A DNA stretch of 62,008 bases, filler included, from Sandaracinaceae bacterium (GCA_947483975.1; 4 parts of 4 records of this genome joined end to end with filler, not necessarily neighbours in it), one strand, 5' to 3'; shown: positions 1-9,766, numbered from the whole stretch's first letter. The notes: generated by a model from the sequence alone, not told the origin. Made by a program: numbers and translations.

Positions 1-1
1 C

Positions 2-892
2 GCGCCTGCGCCGCTCGAGCGCCTCAACACCGCGGACTTCCTGCTCGGCGGGGACGGCGGCGCGTTCGACCTCGAGTTCGACGACGCGTGCAACGCGTAC
101 GCGGTGACGATGATCAGCGGGCAGGACTATCTGCGGCAGCTTGCGCCCGACGGGACGCTGACGGTCACGGGCGGCGTGACGAACCTGAACATGGGCGAGG
201 TCGCCGTGCTGCGCGCGCCGGGCGGCGAATTCGGCATGGGCGACGGCGTCGGGAAGGTCGCGCTCACGTACATCTGCTGCGCGGCTTGCGGCTGCGTCAG
301 CGCCGATCCGCAGGGCGTCGCGCGCCTCGACCGCACGGGCGCGACGAGCCTGCCGATGGTCGTGACGGCGCTCCCGAGCACGGGGCTCGGACCGTGGGGC
401 AGCGCGTCGCTCGACACGGGCCCGTACGGGCTCACCTGGGGGCGCGACAACCGCCTCTACATCGGCAACGTGACCACCGTCGGCGACCTCGTGCGCGCCG
501 ACCTCGACACGGGCGAGACGGTCGAGATTCACCGCTTCGACGCGCGCATCCTCGCGACGGCGACCTTCGACGCGTCGTCCCTGCTCGTCGCGCTCGAGGG
601 CGGGCGCATCGTGCAGGCCTCGGTCGACCTCAGCGCCCGCGCGAACTTCGCGGACGTCGGCGGCGAGGTGACGAGCCTCGTGCGCGATCCGTTCACGGGG
701 CGCGTCTACGTCGCGCTCGGCACGGGCGCGATCCTCGAGCTCGACGCGAACGGGGTGCTGCTCGGCACGTTCGCCGACGCTGGCGGGGCGGTGCGCATCG
801 CGTACGCGGCAGACGGCTACCTCTACGCGCTCGACCCCGGCTTCCCGCGCCCCGGCGCGATCACGCGCTACGCGCTGCCGCTCACCCGCTGA
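2..892 (+). CDS. beta-propeller protein (SMP-30/NHL/Vgb-like), 5' partial
   Basis: Frame is open from base 2 (APAPLERLNTADF...). It has repeated blade-like motifs: FDLEFDDACNAYAV, PYGLTWGRDNRLYIG, SLVRDPFTGRVYVA, RIAYAADGYLYAL. Confidence 0.6.
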   Translation, partial: APAPLERLNTADFLLGGDGGAFDLEFDDACNAYAVTMISGQDYLRQLAPDGTLTVTGGVTNLNMGEVAVLRAPGGEFGMGDGVGKVALTYICCAACGCVSADPQGVARLDRTGATSLPMVVTALPSTGLGPWGSASLDTGPYGLTWGRDNRLYIGNVTTVGDLVRADLDTGETVEIHRFDARILATATFDASSLLVALEGGRIVQASVDLSARANFADVGGEVTSLVRDPFTGRVYVALGTGAILELDANGVLLGTFADAGGAVRIAYAADGYLYALDPGFPRPGAITRYALPLTR

Positions 893-943
893 CGCCTCGG
901 CCGTCCGCTCACCCGCCGTCGCCTCTGCTATAGGCACGCCGTC

Positions 944-1534
944 ATGAGCGACCTCTCCTCAAAGGACCTCTCCGCGGCCTCGGGCCCCGCGCCGGCAGCG
1001 ACCCCGCCGACGGGCGCTGACCGCGCGTTTCTCGCGTTCGCGCTCGTGTTCTCCGCCATCGCCGTCGCGCTGATCGCGTGGCTGCTGCTCGTGCGCGACA
1101 CCGCGGGCGGCTCGGCGCAACTCAGCTTCTTGCCGGCCGTCAACGCGAGCCTCAACGCGACCTCGGCGGCGCTGCTCGCCGGGGGCTGGCTCGCGATCCG
1201 CCGGCAGAACCGCGCGCTCCATCAGCGCCTGATGATGGCCGCGTTCGCCGTCTCGGGGCTCTTTCTCGTCTCTTATCTGACCTACCACTACGTGCACGGC
1301 GACACGCGCTATCCCGCCGACGGCGCGCTGCGGATCCCCTATCTGCTCCTGCTCGCGAGCCATGTGCTGCTGTCGCTCCCCGTCGTGCCGCTCGCGCTCC
1401 TCGCGTTCTGGTTCGCGTTTCGCAAGGACTTCGCGCGACACCGCAAGATCACGCGCGTCCTCGCGCCGATCTGGCTCTATGTGTCGGTGACGGGAGTGCT
1501 CGTCTTCGTGATGCTGCGGAGCGCGCTCGGGTGA
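944..1534 (+). CDS. DUF420 family membrane protein
   Basis: Motifs LPAVNASLNATSA..., H..LM..AF..S.LFLVSYLTYH, HRKI.R...PIWLYVSVTGV; about 5 hydrophobic helices. Confidence 0.85.
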   Translation: MSDLSSKDLSAASGPAPAATPPTGADRAFLAFALVFSAIAVALIAWLLLVRDTAGGSAQLSFLPAVNASLNATSAALLAGGWLAIRRQNRALHQRLMMAAFAVSGLFLVSYLTYHYVHGDTRYPADGALRIPYLLLLASHVLLSLPVVPLALLAFWFAFRKDFARHRKITRVLAPIWLYVSVTGVLVFVMLRSALG

Positions 1535-3003
1535 GGCGCCTCGCCGCGCGACTCTGCTTCTTCGCGCTCTGTGCGGCGGCGTGTGACTCGCGGGCGTGTG
1601 ACGCGCCGCCCATCGGCGCGAGAACTGTGTCGCCGCTCGCGCAGGGTATGGAGCCAGCGCTCGCGCCGCCGACCGCGCTGCCGCCGGAGCCTGCGGCGCC
1701 TCCCGCCGCGCCGCGTCCCCGCGCAGATGCCAGCGACGTGCTCGTCGTCACGATCGACACCGCGCGGGCCGATCACTTCGGCGCCTACGGGAGCACGACT
1801 GCGCACACTCCCGCGTTCGACGCGCTCGCCGCTGCCGGCGTGCGCTACGAGCGCGCGACGACGCCGACGCCGCTCACCGGCCCCGCGCACACGACGCTCT
1901 TCACCGGGCGACACCCGGCGGTGCACGGCACGGAGATCAACTCTGGCCCGGCGCCGCTGCTCGCTGGGCGCGAGCGTCCGACCCTCCTCGCGCAGTCGTT
2001 CGTCGCGGCGGGCTATCGCACGGCGGCGTTCGTCGCTTCGGTCATCCTCGCGCCGCGCGTCGGGCTCAGCGCAGGCTTCGAGACGTATGACGCGCCGACG
2101 CCGGCGGTGCGCGAGGTCGCCGCGCAGGACCGCGTCGAGAAGGCGCTCGCGTGGGTGGATACCGCGCACGATGCGCCCTTCTTTCTCTGGGTTCACTTCA
2201 TGGAGCCGCACGCGCCGCACGTCGCGCCGCCGGGCTCGGCCGCGGATGTCGAGCCGTATGACGCAGAGCTGACGGCGGCGGACGCGGCGCTCGGCGCGCT
2301 GCTCGCGGGGCTCGAGGCGCGCGGGCGAGGACGGCCGCTGATCGTCGTCGTCGCGGGAGATCACGGCGAGGGGCTCGGGGACCACGTCGAGACCGAGCAC
2401 GGCGTGTTCGTCTACGACGACACGTTGCACGTCCCGCTCGTGCTCCGCGCATCGGGGCGCTTCGACGGCGGGCGCGTCGTCGCGACGCCGGTGACGCTCG
2501 CCGACCTCGCGCCGACCTTGCGAGCGCTGTGTGGCTTGCCCTCGATCGAGTCGGACGGCGTGTCGCTGCTCGCGCTGCCCGCGGAGCGCGACCTCTTCGC
2601 GCAGTCGCTCTATCCGAAGGTCGCGTTCGGCTGGGCGCCGCTCTTCGCGCTGCAGCGCGGGTCGTTCGTCTACATCGACGCGCCCCGCCCCGAGCTATAC
2701 GACCTCGCCTCCGACCCGCGCGAGCGCCGCAACGTGCTCGCCGCACAGCCGACGACCGCGCGTACGCTCGCCGCCGCGCTCTCTGCGCGCCGCGACGAGC
2801 TCGCCTCGGGGCGCCTCACGGGGCTGCAACCGGCCGCGCACGACGTCGAGCGCGCGCAGCTTGCCGCGCTCGGCTACGCGTCGGCGACTGGAAGCGTGCC
2901 GACGGTCGGCCCCGATCCGAAGGCGATGATTCGGGACTACGAGGCTCGGCGCGCCGCGCACCGCGTCGACGGACTCCCGCCCTCGGTCTTGCCGCAGCAG
3001 TGA
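1531..3003 (+). CDS. sulfatase-like hydrolase (alkaline phosphatase superfamily), probably exported/lipoprotein
   Basis: GTG start overlaps the previous TGA (GTGA). Motifs VVTIDTARADH, PLTGPAHTTLFTG, FLWVHFMEPHAP, GDHGEGLGDH, LHVPL, ELYDL..DP.E..N; signal-like LCFFALCAAAC. Confidence 0.85.
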   Translation: MRRLAARLCFFALCAAACDSRACDAPPIGARTVSPLAQGMEPALAPPTALPPEPAAPPAAPRPRADASDVLVVTIDTARADHFGAYGSTTAHTPAFDALAAAGVRYERATTPTPLTGPAHTTLFTGRHPAVHGTEINSGPAPLLAGRERPTLLAQSFVAAGYRTAAFVASVILAPRVGLSAGFETYDAPTPAVREVAAQDRVEKALAWVDTAHDAPFFLWVHFMEPHAPHVAPPGSAADVEPYDAELTAADAALGALLAGLEARGRGRPLIVVVAGDHGEGLGDHVETEHGVFVYDDTLHVPLVLRASGRFDGGRVVATPVTLADLAPTLRALCGLPSIESDGVSLLALPAERDLFAQSLYPKVAFGWAPLFALQRGSFVYIDAPRPELYDLASDPRERRNVLAAQPTTARTLAAALSARRDELASGRLTGLQPAAHDVERAQLAALGYASATGSVPTVGPDPKAMIRDYEARRAAHRVDGLPPSVLPQQ

Positions 3004-3082
3004 GCCGCGCCGCGCCGCGGGCGGACCCACAGGCCACTGCGCGTCCTTGCGTGAGCGACGCTCCGCGGGTTAACTCCTGCGG

Positions 3083-3661
3083 ATGACTCCTCACGCGCTT
3101 CGCCTCGGCTGCTTCTCGCTCCTCTTGGTGGTCGCCGTCGGCTGCGGCGACGACGACGTCTCCGCGACGGACGGCGGGCGTGCTGACGCTGGCTCCGTCG
3201 ACGCCGGGCACGACGCGGCGACTCCCGACGACGCGACGGTGGTCGAGGATGCAGCCACTCCCGAGGACGCGGCGACTCCCGACGACGCGGCGACTCCCGA
3301 CGACGCGGGCACGTCGAACACCTGCGTCAGCGCGGGCGGAAGCTGCGTCGCGCTCGTCCCGGGCGCCTGTGCGGCGGGCGTCGTCGGCAGCGCCGACACC
3401 TACTCGTGCGGCGGCGCGGACGGCGTCGAGTGCTGCCTGCCGCCCGACACCGCGCCGTACTGCGGCGCGATTGGCTCGTTCAGCGAGGGCTGGTATCAGC
3501 CCGATGGCACGCTGATCTGCTACGCGATGTGCGCGGGCGCGGTGCTCGCCTGCGAGAACGTCGGCACGCGCAGCGAGGGTTGGTACACCGTGCTCCCGGG
3601 CGCGGCGTGCACGACGCCGATGGCTCCGAACCTCGTGCAGTGGGCCAACTGCGCGCCCTGA
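3083..3661 (+). CDS. Cys-rich lipoprotein with DAATP-repeat linker
   Basis: Lipobox-like VAVGC, acidic repeat linker, and a C-terminal Cys-rich region with two SEGWY motifs. Confidence 0.7.
   Translation: MTPHALRLGCFSLLLVVAVGCGDDDVSATDGGRADAGSVDAGHDAATPDDATVVEDAATPEDAATPDDAATPDDAGTSNTCVSAGGSCVALVPGACAAGVVGSADTYSCGGADGVECCLPPDTAPYCGAIGSFSEGWYQPDGTLICYAMCAGAVLACENVGTRSEGWYTVLPGAACTTPMAPNLVQWANCAP
3212..3310 (+). repeat. in-frame 18-bp tandem repeat (DAATP[D/E]), about 5.5 copies
   Basis: GACGCGGCGACTCCCGAC occurs exactly at 3212, 3266 and 3284, with variants at 3230 and 3248. Confidence 0.9.
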
Positions 3662-3665
3662 GCCG

Positions 3666-4493
3666 TTGACGCGCGCCTTCGATCGCAAGCTCGGCGAGGA
3701 CTTCCTCGCCACCGTCCCGCGCGCGCCGGGCGTCTATCGCGTGCTCGATGGCGCAGGGGTCGTCGTCTACGTCGGCAAGGCGGTCAATCTGCGCCGGCGA
3801 CTCTCGCAATATCGCAACGCGAGTCGCCGCAAGAAACACCGCAAGATGCGCGAGATCGTGCAGAGCGCGAGCAGCGTGGAGTTCGAGGCGTGCGCGACGG
3901 AGCTCGAGGCCGAGCTCCTCGAGACTGCGCTGATTCAAGCGCTCAAGCCGCGCTGGAACATCGTCGGCGCGTTCTCGTTTCTCTATCCATCGATCGGCCT
4001 CGGCAGGGGCGAGCGTGGGAGTCTGCGACTCGCGTTCTCGACGCAGCCCGCCGAGCGCGCGGACCTCGACTGGCACGGTGCCTATCGCTCGCGCGAGATC
4101 ACAGGAGAGGCGTTCTTCGCGCTGGTGCGCCTCGCCGGGATGGTCGGACACCGCGAGAAGGCCGCGCAGCGCCCGCGCGGCGCGCGCACCTGGGGCTTCG
4201 AGGTGCGGAAGCTTCCCCCCGACTGGCACGCTGCGTGGAGCGCGTTCCTGCGAGGCGAGTCCCGCGCTGCGCTCTCGTCGCTCGTCGTCGCGCTCCTCGA
4301 CAAGCCGCGCGCCCGCCGCGACCCCGCCGCCGTGCAGGCAGATCTCGACGCGCTCGAGCGCTTCTATCGACACGAGGCGCTGCGCCTCGCCGACGCGCGG
4401 CGCCTGACCGGCGAGACCCGCTGGCCCGTCCCGCAAGCTGACCGTGACGCGCTCTTCATCCGCGCTCGAGGCGCCCGCTCGAACGCCGCCTGA
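3666..4493 (+). CDS. GIY-YIG nuclease, UvrC N-terminal/Cho-like
   Basis: PRAPGVYRVLD...VVYVGKAVNLRRRLSQY, ELEAELLE..LI...KPRWN. No UvrC C-terminal RNase H-like or HhH region. Confidence 0.85.
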   Translation: MTRAFDRKLGEDFLATVPRAPGVYRVLDGAGVVVYVGKAVNLRRRLSQYRNASRRKKHRKMREIVQSASSVEFEACATELEAELLETALIQALKPRWNIVGAFSFLYPSIGLGRGERGSLRLAFSTQPAERADLDWHGAYRSREITGEAFFALVRLAGMVGHREKAAQRPRGARTWGFEVRKLPPDWHAAWSAFLRGESRAALSSLVVALLDKPRARRDPAAVQADLDALERFYRHEALRLADARRLTGETRWPVPQADRDALFIRARGARSNAA

Positions 4494-4563
4494 GCGCGGA
4501 TTCCCTCCCGGCGGCCCCGCGCTGCCCCTTGCGCCGCGGGCGACGGGCGGAGTATCAGGGCGC

Positions 4564-5118
4564 ATGAACCTCGCCTTCTTCCGGTCCGCCGCGCTCCTCG
4601 CCCTGTTCGTCGCCGGCTGTGCCGACAACACCGCAGTCACTCCCCCAGGCCGGACCGACGCTGGGTTCGACGCCGCGGCGCCCGTCGATGCCAGCACGCC
4701 CGACGACTCCGCCACGCCGGAAGATGCGGCGACTCCCGTCGATGCGGCGACTCCTGAAGACGCCGCGACTCCCGTCGATGCCGGGACGCCCGAGGACGCC
4801 GCGACGCCTATCGACGCGGGCACCGCCGACGCGGGTGCGGTCGACGCTGGCCCGAGCGACGCCGGTCCGGTCGACGCCGGTCCGCCCGATGCGGGCCCGA
4901 TCGACGCGGGCGTCGCCGTGTGTCCCTTCGGCGATGTGCCCGTCTGCTCGGCGAACGTCGCGGGCGGCACGCAGCCGGAGTGCACGGCGAACCTCACGCG
5001 CCTGGTCAACATCTGCCGCGCCGCCGGCTGGCTCTGGACGGGCGACACCGTGTGCATCGTCGGCGGTAGCCCGAGCAGCGCCACCGCGTTCGGCGGCGAC
5101 GGCACGTGCTCGCACTGA
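4564..5118 (+). CDS. Cys-rich lipoprotein with DAATP/DAGP-repeat linker
   Basis: MNLAFFRSAALLALFVAGC lipobox, long Asp-Ala repeat linker, small 6-Cys C-terminal domain. Confidence 0.7.
   Translation: MNLAFFRSAALLALFVAGCADNTAVTPPGRTDAGFDAAAPVDASTPDDSATPEDAATPVDAATPEDAATPVDAGTPEDAATPIDAGTADAGAVDAGPSDAGPVDAGPPDAGPIDAGVAVCPFGDVPVCSANVAGGTQPECTANLTRLVNICRAAGWLWTGDTVCIVGGSPSSATAFGGDGTCSH
4669..4911 (+). repeat. in-frame repeat array: 8 x 18 bp (DAATPx), then 6.6 x 15 bp (DAGxx)
   Basis: Units read directly, e.g. GATGCGGCGACTCCCGTC, GACGCCGGTCCGGTC. Confidence 0.85.
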
Positions 5119-5135
5119 CGGACGGCGCGCGCTGA

Positions 5136-8100
5136 CTACGCCTCGTCCTTGAGCGTCGACGCGAGCACGCGGAGCACATCGCTCGCGTGCTCGATCGCGT
5201 CGCCGGACTCTTGCGACGAGAAGCGGCGCGTCAGCTTCATGTCGGGGGTCAGCTTCCAAGGGCTGTGCGGCTGCGCGACGAGGCGCATCACCTTCGCGGG
5301 ATCGAGCGGCGTGTCCTCGCGCAGGTGCAGCGTGACGCGCTCGCCGTTCGCCTCGCAGCCGAGCACCTTGTACGCGCGCAGGCGCGGGCGGAGCGTCATC
5401 GCGCGGATGAACGCCATCGCGGGCGGCGGCGGCGGACCAAAGCGATCCTCCAGCTCTTGCGCGAGCTCCTGCACATCCTGCTCGTCCTCGGCGCTCGAGA
5501 GGCGTTTGTAGAGCGAGAGTCGGAGTCCGACGTCCTCTACGTAGTCGTCCGGTAGATACTGCTCGACGTCGAGCGTGAGCTCGGTGTCGACCTCGTGAAT
5601 GACCGGCTCGCCCTTGAGCTCGGCGACGGCGTCCTCGAGCAGGTGCACGAACATATCGAAGCCGACGGCGGCGACGCTGCCGCTCTGCTCTGCGCCGAGC
5701 AGATCGCCCGCGCCGCGCAGCTCCATGTCGAGCGACGCGACCTGGAAGCCCGAGCCGAGCTCGGTGAAGCGCTGCAAGGCCTCGAGCCGCGCGCGCGCCT
5801 CCTCGGTCATCGTCGAGGGCGGCGGCGAGACGAGGTAGCAATACGCGCGCTCCTTCGAGCGGCCGACGCGCCCGCGCAGCTGATACAGCTGCGAGAGGCC
5901 GAACATATCGGCGCGATCGATGATCATCGTGTTCGCGCGCGGGATGTCGAGGCCGCTCTCGATGATCGCCGTCGCGCAGAGCACGTCGAAGCGCCCATCG
6001 ACGAAGTCCGTCATCACCTTCTCGAGCGCGCCCTCGGCCATCTGCCCGTGCCCGACGGCGATGCGCACGCTCGGCACGAGCTGCTGGAGCTTCGCCGCGC
6101 GCTCGTAGAGCCCCTCGATGCGGTTGTAGACGAAGAACACCTGCCCGCCGCGCTTGACCTCGCGCTCGATCGCCTCTGCCAACAGATGATCATCCCAGCG
6201 CATCACATAGGTGCGGATGGCGCGGCGATCGACGGGCGGAGTCGTGATCAGCGAGAGATCCCGCAGCCCGCCGACGGCCATCTGCAGCGTGCGCGGGATC
6301 GGCGTCGCCGAGAGCGTCAGCACGTCGACGTCCGTCTTGAGCTTCTTCAGGCGCTCTTTGTGCGTGACGCCGAAGCGCTGCTCCTCGTCGACGACGACGA
6401 GCCCGAGCTGCTTGAAGTGCACGTCCTTCGACAGGAGTCGATGCGTGCCAATCACGATGTCGACCTTGCCCTCTTTGACCGCTTGGAGAGTGGCAGTCTG
6501 ATCGGCCTTCTCGACGAAGCGAGACAGCACCTCGACGCGCACTGGCCACTCGCTCATGCGCTCTTGGAAGGTGCGGAAGTGCTGCTGCGCGAGCACGGTC
6601 GTTGGGCAGAGCACGGCGACCTGACGCCCCGACATCGCGACTCGGAACGCCGCGCGCACCGCGACCTCGGTCTTGCCGAAGCCGACGTCGCCGCAGACGA
6701 TGCGGTCCATGGGCTGTCCGTGCTCGAGGTCCTCGAGCACCTCGCCGATCGCGCGCGCTTGGTCCGCCGTCTCGTCGAAGGGGAACGTCGCCTCGAATTC
6801 CGCGAAGCCGCGCTCTGCGGGCGGCAGGGCAGGGCGCTTGCTCGCGGCGCGCGCGGCGTAGAGGCGCAGGAGCTCGTCGGCGAGCTGCTGCACTGCCCTC
6901 TTCACGCGCTGCTTCGTCTTGGTGAAGGTCTGCCCGCCGAGCCGGTCGAGCTTCGGCGCGGTGCCCTCGCCGCCGCGGAACTTCTGGATCTGATGCAGGC
7001 GCGTGATCGGCAGGAAGAGCTTGTCGCCGCCGAAGTACTCGACGATCAGGACCTCTACGACGACCGCGGGCACGCCGCGAAGCTCGTCGAAGCGCGAGCG
7101 CCCCGTGGTCTTGCGCTCGACGCCGAGGTAGCGCCCGATGCCGTGATCGGCGTGCACGACGAAGTCGCCCGGCAGGAGCTGCCGCAGGTCCTCGAGGAAG
7201 GGCTCTGCGTTCTTCTTCTTGCGCTTCTTCGTCGTGCGCTCGGTGCGCTGCGCGGCGCGCGTGCCGAAGATCTCCTCCTCGGTGACGATGGCGAGCGCCT
7301 CGCGGGCGAGCACGAAGCCGCCGCCGAGCGCGCCGATGACGACCTCCGCGCGACCCGGCGGGCGCGTCAGGAGCGAGCGCGGCTCGAAGGTCGCCGGCTT
7401 CGGCGCGATGGGCACGTCGTAGCCGCGCAGGAGCGTCACGAGGCGGTCTGCTTGGGTCGTCGTGCGGGCGACGAAGAGCACGCGCAGGCCATCGTCGAGC
7501 CATGCCCGCGTGCGGGTCGCGAGCGGCGCGAGGTGGTCTTCGCGTCCGCCGCGGGAGCGCGCCAGCTTCAGCTCGAGCGCGAGCCCCATCACGTCCTCGC
7601 CGCCGATCGGCACGACCTCGTCGGGGTGCACCGTCTCGAGGCGCGCGAGCGGCGAGGTCTCCTCTGCGCCGAGCGCCCCGCCGACCGCGACGCGATGCAC
7701 GACGACGAGCGAGCCGCGCTCGAGGCGCTCGGCGAGCTCCTCCTCATCGACGAAGTGCGCCTCCATCGGGAACGTCGGCGCGCGCTCGGTGCGCTTCGCG
7801 AGGAGGTCGCCCTCGGCCTGCGCGCGCTCGTCGGCCAAGGCGCGGACGATCGCCGTCGGGTCGAGCACGACGGTGCGCACGGGCGCCTTCTCGGTCGAGG
7901 TCGGCAGGTAGTCGAAGAGGGTGTCGAGCGTCCGATAGAACGCGGGCATGAAGCCCTCGAGCCCGAAGAACGCGCGCCCGCTCTCGATGTCCTCGACGAG
8001 CTGCCGGGTGCGCGACGAGGGCAGATCGACCTGCTCGCAGAGCGCGCGCACCTTCTCGCGGGCGAGCTCGAGCTCGCCTGCGCCGAGCAGCGCCTCACGC

Positions 8101-8858
8101 ACCGGATGCACGAAGAGCTCGCGCACCTCGCGCACGGTGCGCTGATCTTCGGGCTCGAAGAGCTTGATCGACATGACCAAGTAGTCGTCGAGCTCGATGC
8201 GCGCGGGCTTCTGCGCGTGGGGTGGAAACACATCGAGCAGCGCGCCGCGCACGGCGAAGGTGCCGGGGTCCTCGACGACGGGCACGCGCAGATAGCCGCC
8301 CTCCGTCAGGAGGCGCATGAACGCGGCGCGATCGAGCCCCTCTTCGACGCGCACCACCTGCGAGCGCTCCGAGATGGCCTGGCGCGGCGGGACGCGGCGC
8401 GCGAGGGCGGGCGCGGAGACGACGAGGAAGCGCCAGGGGAGCTTCTCTGCGAGGTGAAAGAGCGTCGAGAGGCGGTCCATCGCCGCGCGCCGATCGGGCG
8501 CGACGTCGACGAACGGCGAGGTGTCCGACGCGGGGTAGAGGAGCACCTCGGAGGGGCCGTCTTCGGTCGGCGCGTCGCTCGCGTCGAGGCCAGTTTTCCC
8601 GAGGAAAAAGCGTAGATCGCCCGCGAGGCGGCGGGCCGAGTCGTTGTCGCCCGTCAGCACGACGGTCTTCTCCGCGGGGCGCGCGGTCGACAGGCGGGCG
8701 AGCAAGAGCGCGCAGGCGCTCGGCGGCAGTCCGCTGAGGTCGATGCGGCCCCCCGCGGCGATCTGGCGGGCGGCGACGTCGAGGCTCGTGCCGGCGCGCT
8801 CGAGCGCGCTCTCGAGCGTCGACGGAGCCTCGATGGGAGCGTCGGAGGGGGGCGTCAC
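5136..8858 (-). CDS. mfd: transcription-repair coupling factor
   Basis: UvrB-like VEDPGTFAVRGALLDVFP, RID domain GDFVVHADHGIGRY, GDVGFGKT, DEEQRFG, LSATPIPR, QLRGRVGR, TRG motif DMELRGAGDLLG, C-terminal TRCF domain. GTG start at 8858 is my choice; the upstream ORF extension looks non-coding. Confidence 0.95.
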   Translation of the reverse strand: MTPPSDAPIEAPSTLESALERAGTSLDVAARQIAAGGRIDLSGLPPSACALLLARLSTARPAEKTVVLTGDNDSARRLAGDLRFFLGKTGLDASDAPTEDGPSEVLLYPASDTSPFVDVAPDRRAAMDRLSTLFHLAEKLPWRFLVVSAPALARRVPPRQAISERSQVVRVEEGLDRAAFMRLLTEGGYLRVPVVEDPGTFAVRGALLDVFPPHAQKPARIELDDYLVMSIKLFEPEDQRTVREVRELFVHPVREALLGAGELELAREKVRALCEQVDLPSSRTRQLVEDIESGRAFFGLEGFMPAFYRTLDTLFDYLPTSTEKAPVRTVVLDPTAIVRALADERAQAEGDLLAKRTERAPTFPMEAHFVDEEELAERLERGSLVVVHRVAVGGALGAEETSPLARLETVHPDEVVPIGGEDVMGLALELKLARSRGGREDHLAPLATRTRAWLDDGLRVLFVARTTTQADRLVTLLRGYDVPIAPKPATFEPRSLLTRPPGRAEVVIGALGGGFVLAREALAIVTEEEIFGTRAAQRTERTTKKRKKKNAEPFLEDLRQLLPGDFVVHADHGIGRYLGVERKTTGRSRFDELRGVPAVVVEVLIVEYFGGDKLFLPITRLHQIQKFRGGEGTAPKLDRLGGQTFTKTKQRVKRAVQQLADELLRLYAARAASKRPALPPAERGFAEFEATFPFDETADQARAIGEVLEDLEHGQPMDRIVCGDVGFGKTEVAVRAAFRVAMSGRQVAVLCPTTVLAQQHFRTFQERMSEWPVRVEVLSRFVEKADQTATLQAVKEGKVDIVIGTHRLLSKDVHFKQLGLVVVDEEQRFGVTHKERLKKLKTDVDVLTLSATPIPRTLQMAVGGLRDLSLITTPPVDRRAIRTYVMRWDDHLLAEAIEREVKRGGQVFFVYNRIEGLYERAAKLQQLVPSVRIAVGHGQMAEGALEKVMTDFVDGRFDVLCATAIIESGLDIPRANTMIIDRADMFGLSQLYQLRGRVGRSKERAYCYLVSPPPSTMTEEARARLEALQRFTELGSGFQVASLDMELRGAGDLLGAEQSGSVAAVGFDMFVHLLEDAVAELKGEPVIHEVDTELTLDVEQYLPDDYVEDVGLRLSLYKRLSSAEDEQDVQELAQELEDRFGPPPPPAMAFIRAMTLRPRLRAYKVLGCEANGERVTLHLREDTPLDPAKVMRLVAQPHSPWKLTPDMKLTRRFSSQESGDAIEHASDVLRVLASTLKDEA

Positions 8859-8982
8859 GGGGGCGGCGGATCTAGAGCAACCGCGCGCGGAGGGCAATCC
8901 GAGCGAGGGTGAAGGGCGCCTCGCGACGCGACGGGCAGCGACGCTGGCGCCGAGCCGACGCCGCGCTAACACGGGGGGCGTG

Positions 8983-9585
8983 ATGGCTCCTCTGCGAACC
9001 GAGAACGCCAGACCACGCTGCACCGCGACGCCCGCGCTGACGCGCCTCGTCGCCATCGTCGCCGCCGCGTGCGCGCTGCTCGCGCTCGCCAGCTGCACGG
9101 ACAGCACGACCGCCTACGTCCCGGTCGGCGCGCGCGGGAAGCTCTCGACGACGATGGGCCCGTGCTCACCGACGGGGGCCGCGGGGCCGCTCCGCTTCAC
9201 CGACTCGAGCAACTTCGAGGCGCTGCGGACGGGCACCGCGCGCGTCACCTGCCGCGACGGGGAGGCGGTGGTCGAGGTCCGCACTCCGACGCGCCTCGCG
9301 ATCGACCGCGTGGCGGAGGCGTCGACCGGGCAGCCCGTCTTCTATCGCGCGGTCGCGTATGACGCGGACGGTCACCCGCTCGACCTCGGGCCAGACACCC
9401 CGCTGCGCTGGACCTTCAGCGGGTCGCTCGGCGCGCGCCCCGTCCCCGGCTGCGGTGACATCCTCCCGCTCTGCGCAGCGCCCAACGGAGGCTACGCGCT
9501 CGCGGGCGCGGCCGGCGTCGGCACGGCCGCCGTCGCGTTCGGCCACCTGCGCGCCACGACCACGACGACGGTGACCGGCCGCTGA
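8983..9585 (+). CDS. hypothetical lipoprotein, Ig-like beta-sandwich
   Basis: Hydrophobic segment ending LALASC; beta-rich mature part (V.YRAVAYDADG...RW...G...V..G). Start could be GTG 8980. Confidence 0.6.
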   Translation: MAPLRTENARPRCTATPALTRLVAIVAAACALLALASCTDSTTAYVPVGARGKLSTTMGPCSPTGAAGPLRFTDSSNFEALRTGTARVTCRDGEAVVEVRTPTRLAIDRVAEASTGQPVFYRAVAYDADGHPLDLGPDTPLRWTFSGSLGARPVPGCGDILPLCAAPNGGYALAGAAGVGTAAVAFGHLRATTTTTVTGR

Positions 9586-9766
9586 GCCCGGCGCAGCCCG
9601 CGGTGGAGGGCGTGTTCGACTCGACGTTTCGAGCGTGCGCCGCCGCGTTGGATCTCCGACTCACCCAGGTGCGCCACCGTCGTGCGCCTGCGAGTGCGAG
9701 TCTGCGAAGAGGGCGTCAGCCGCCGACTCCTGCCTGTCGCTCGAAGCGCCCTCGTGGGCGCCGAGC

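Noticed and set aside
3666..4493. GIY-YIG gene as a homing endonuclease or mobile element
   Set aside because: The motifs are UvrC-type, and I saw no intron or intein context, terminal repeats or compositional shift.
3212..4911. 18-bp and 15-bp repeat arrays as a possible CRISPR
   Set aside because: They are in-frame coding repeats without unique spacers, and no cas genes are present.
5595..8615. Very long antisense or alternate-frame ORFs (e.g. 5595-8615 +, 22038-26243 -, 33853-36501 +, 55950-57551 +)
   Set aside because: Shadow ORFs expected in high-GC DNA opposite well-supported genes; Arg/Ala-rich with no motifs.
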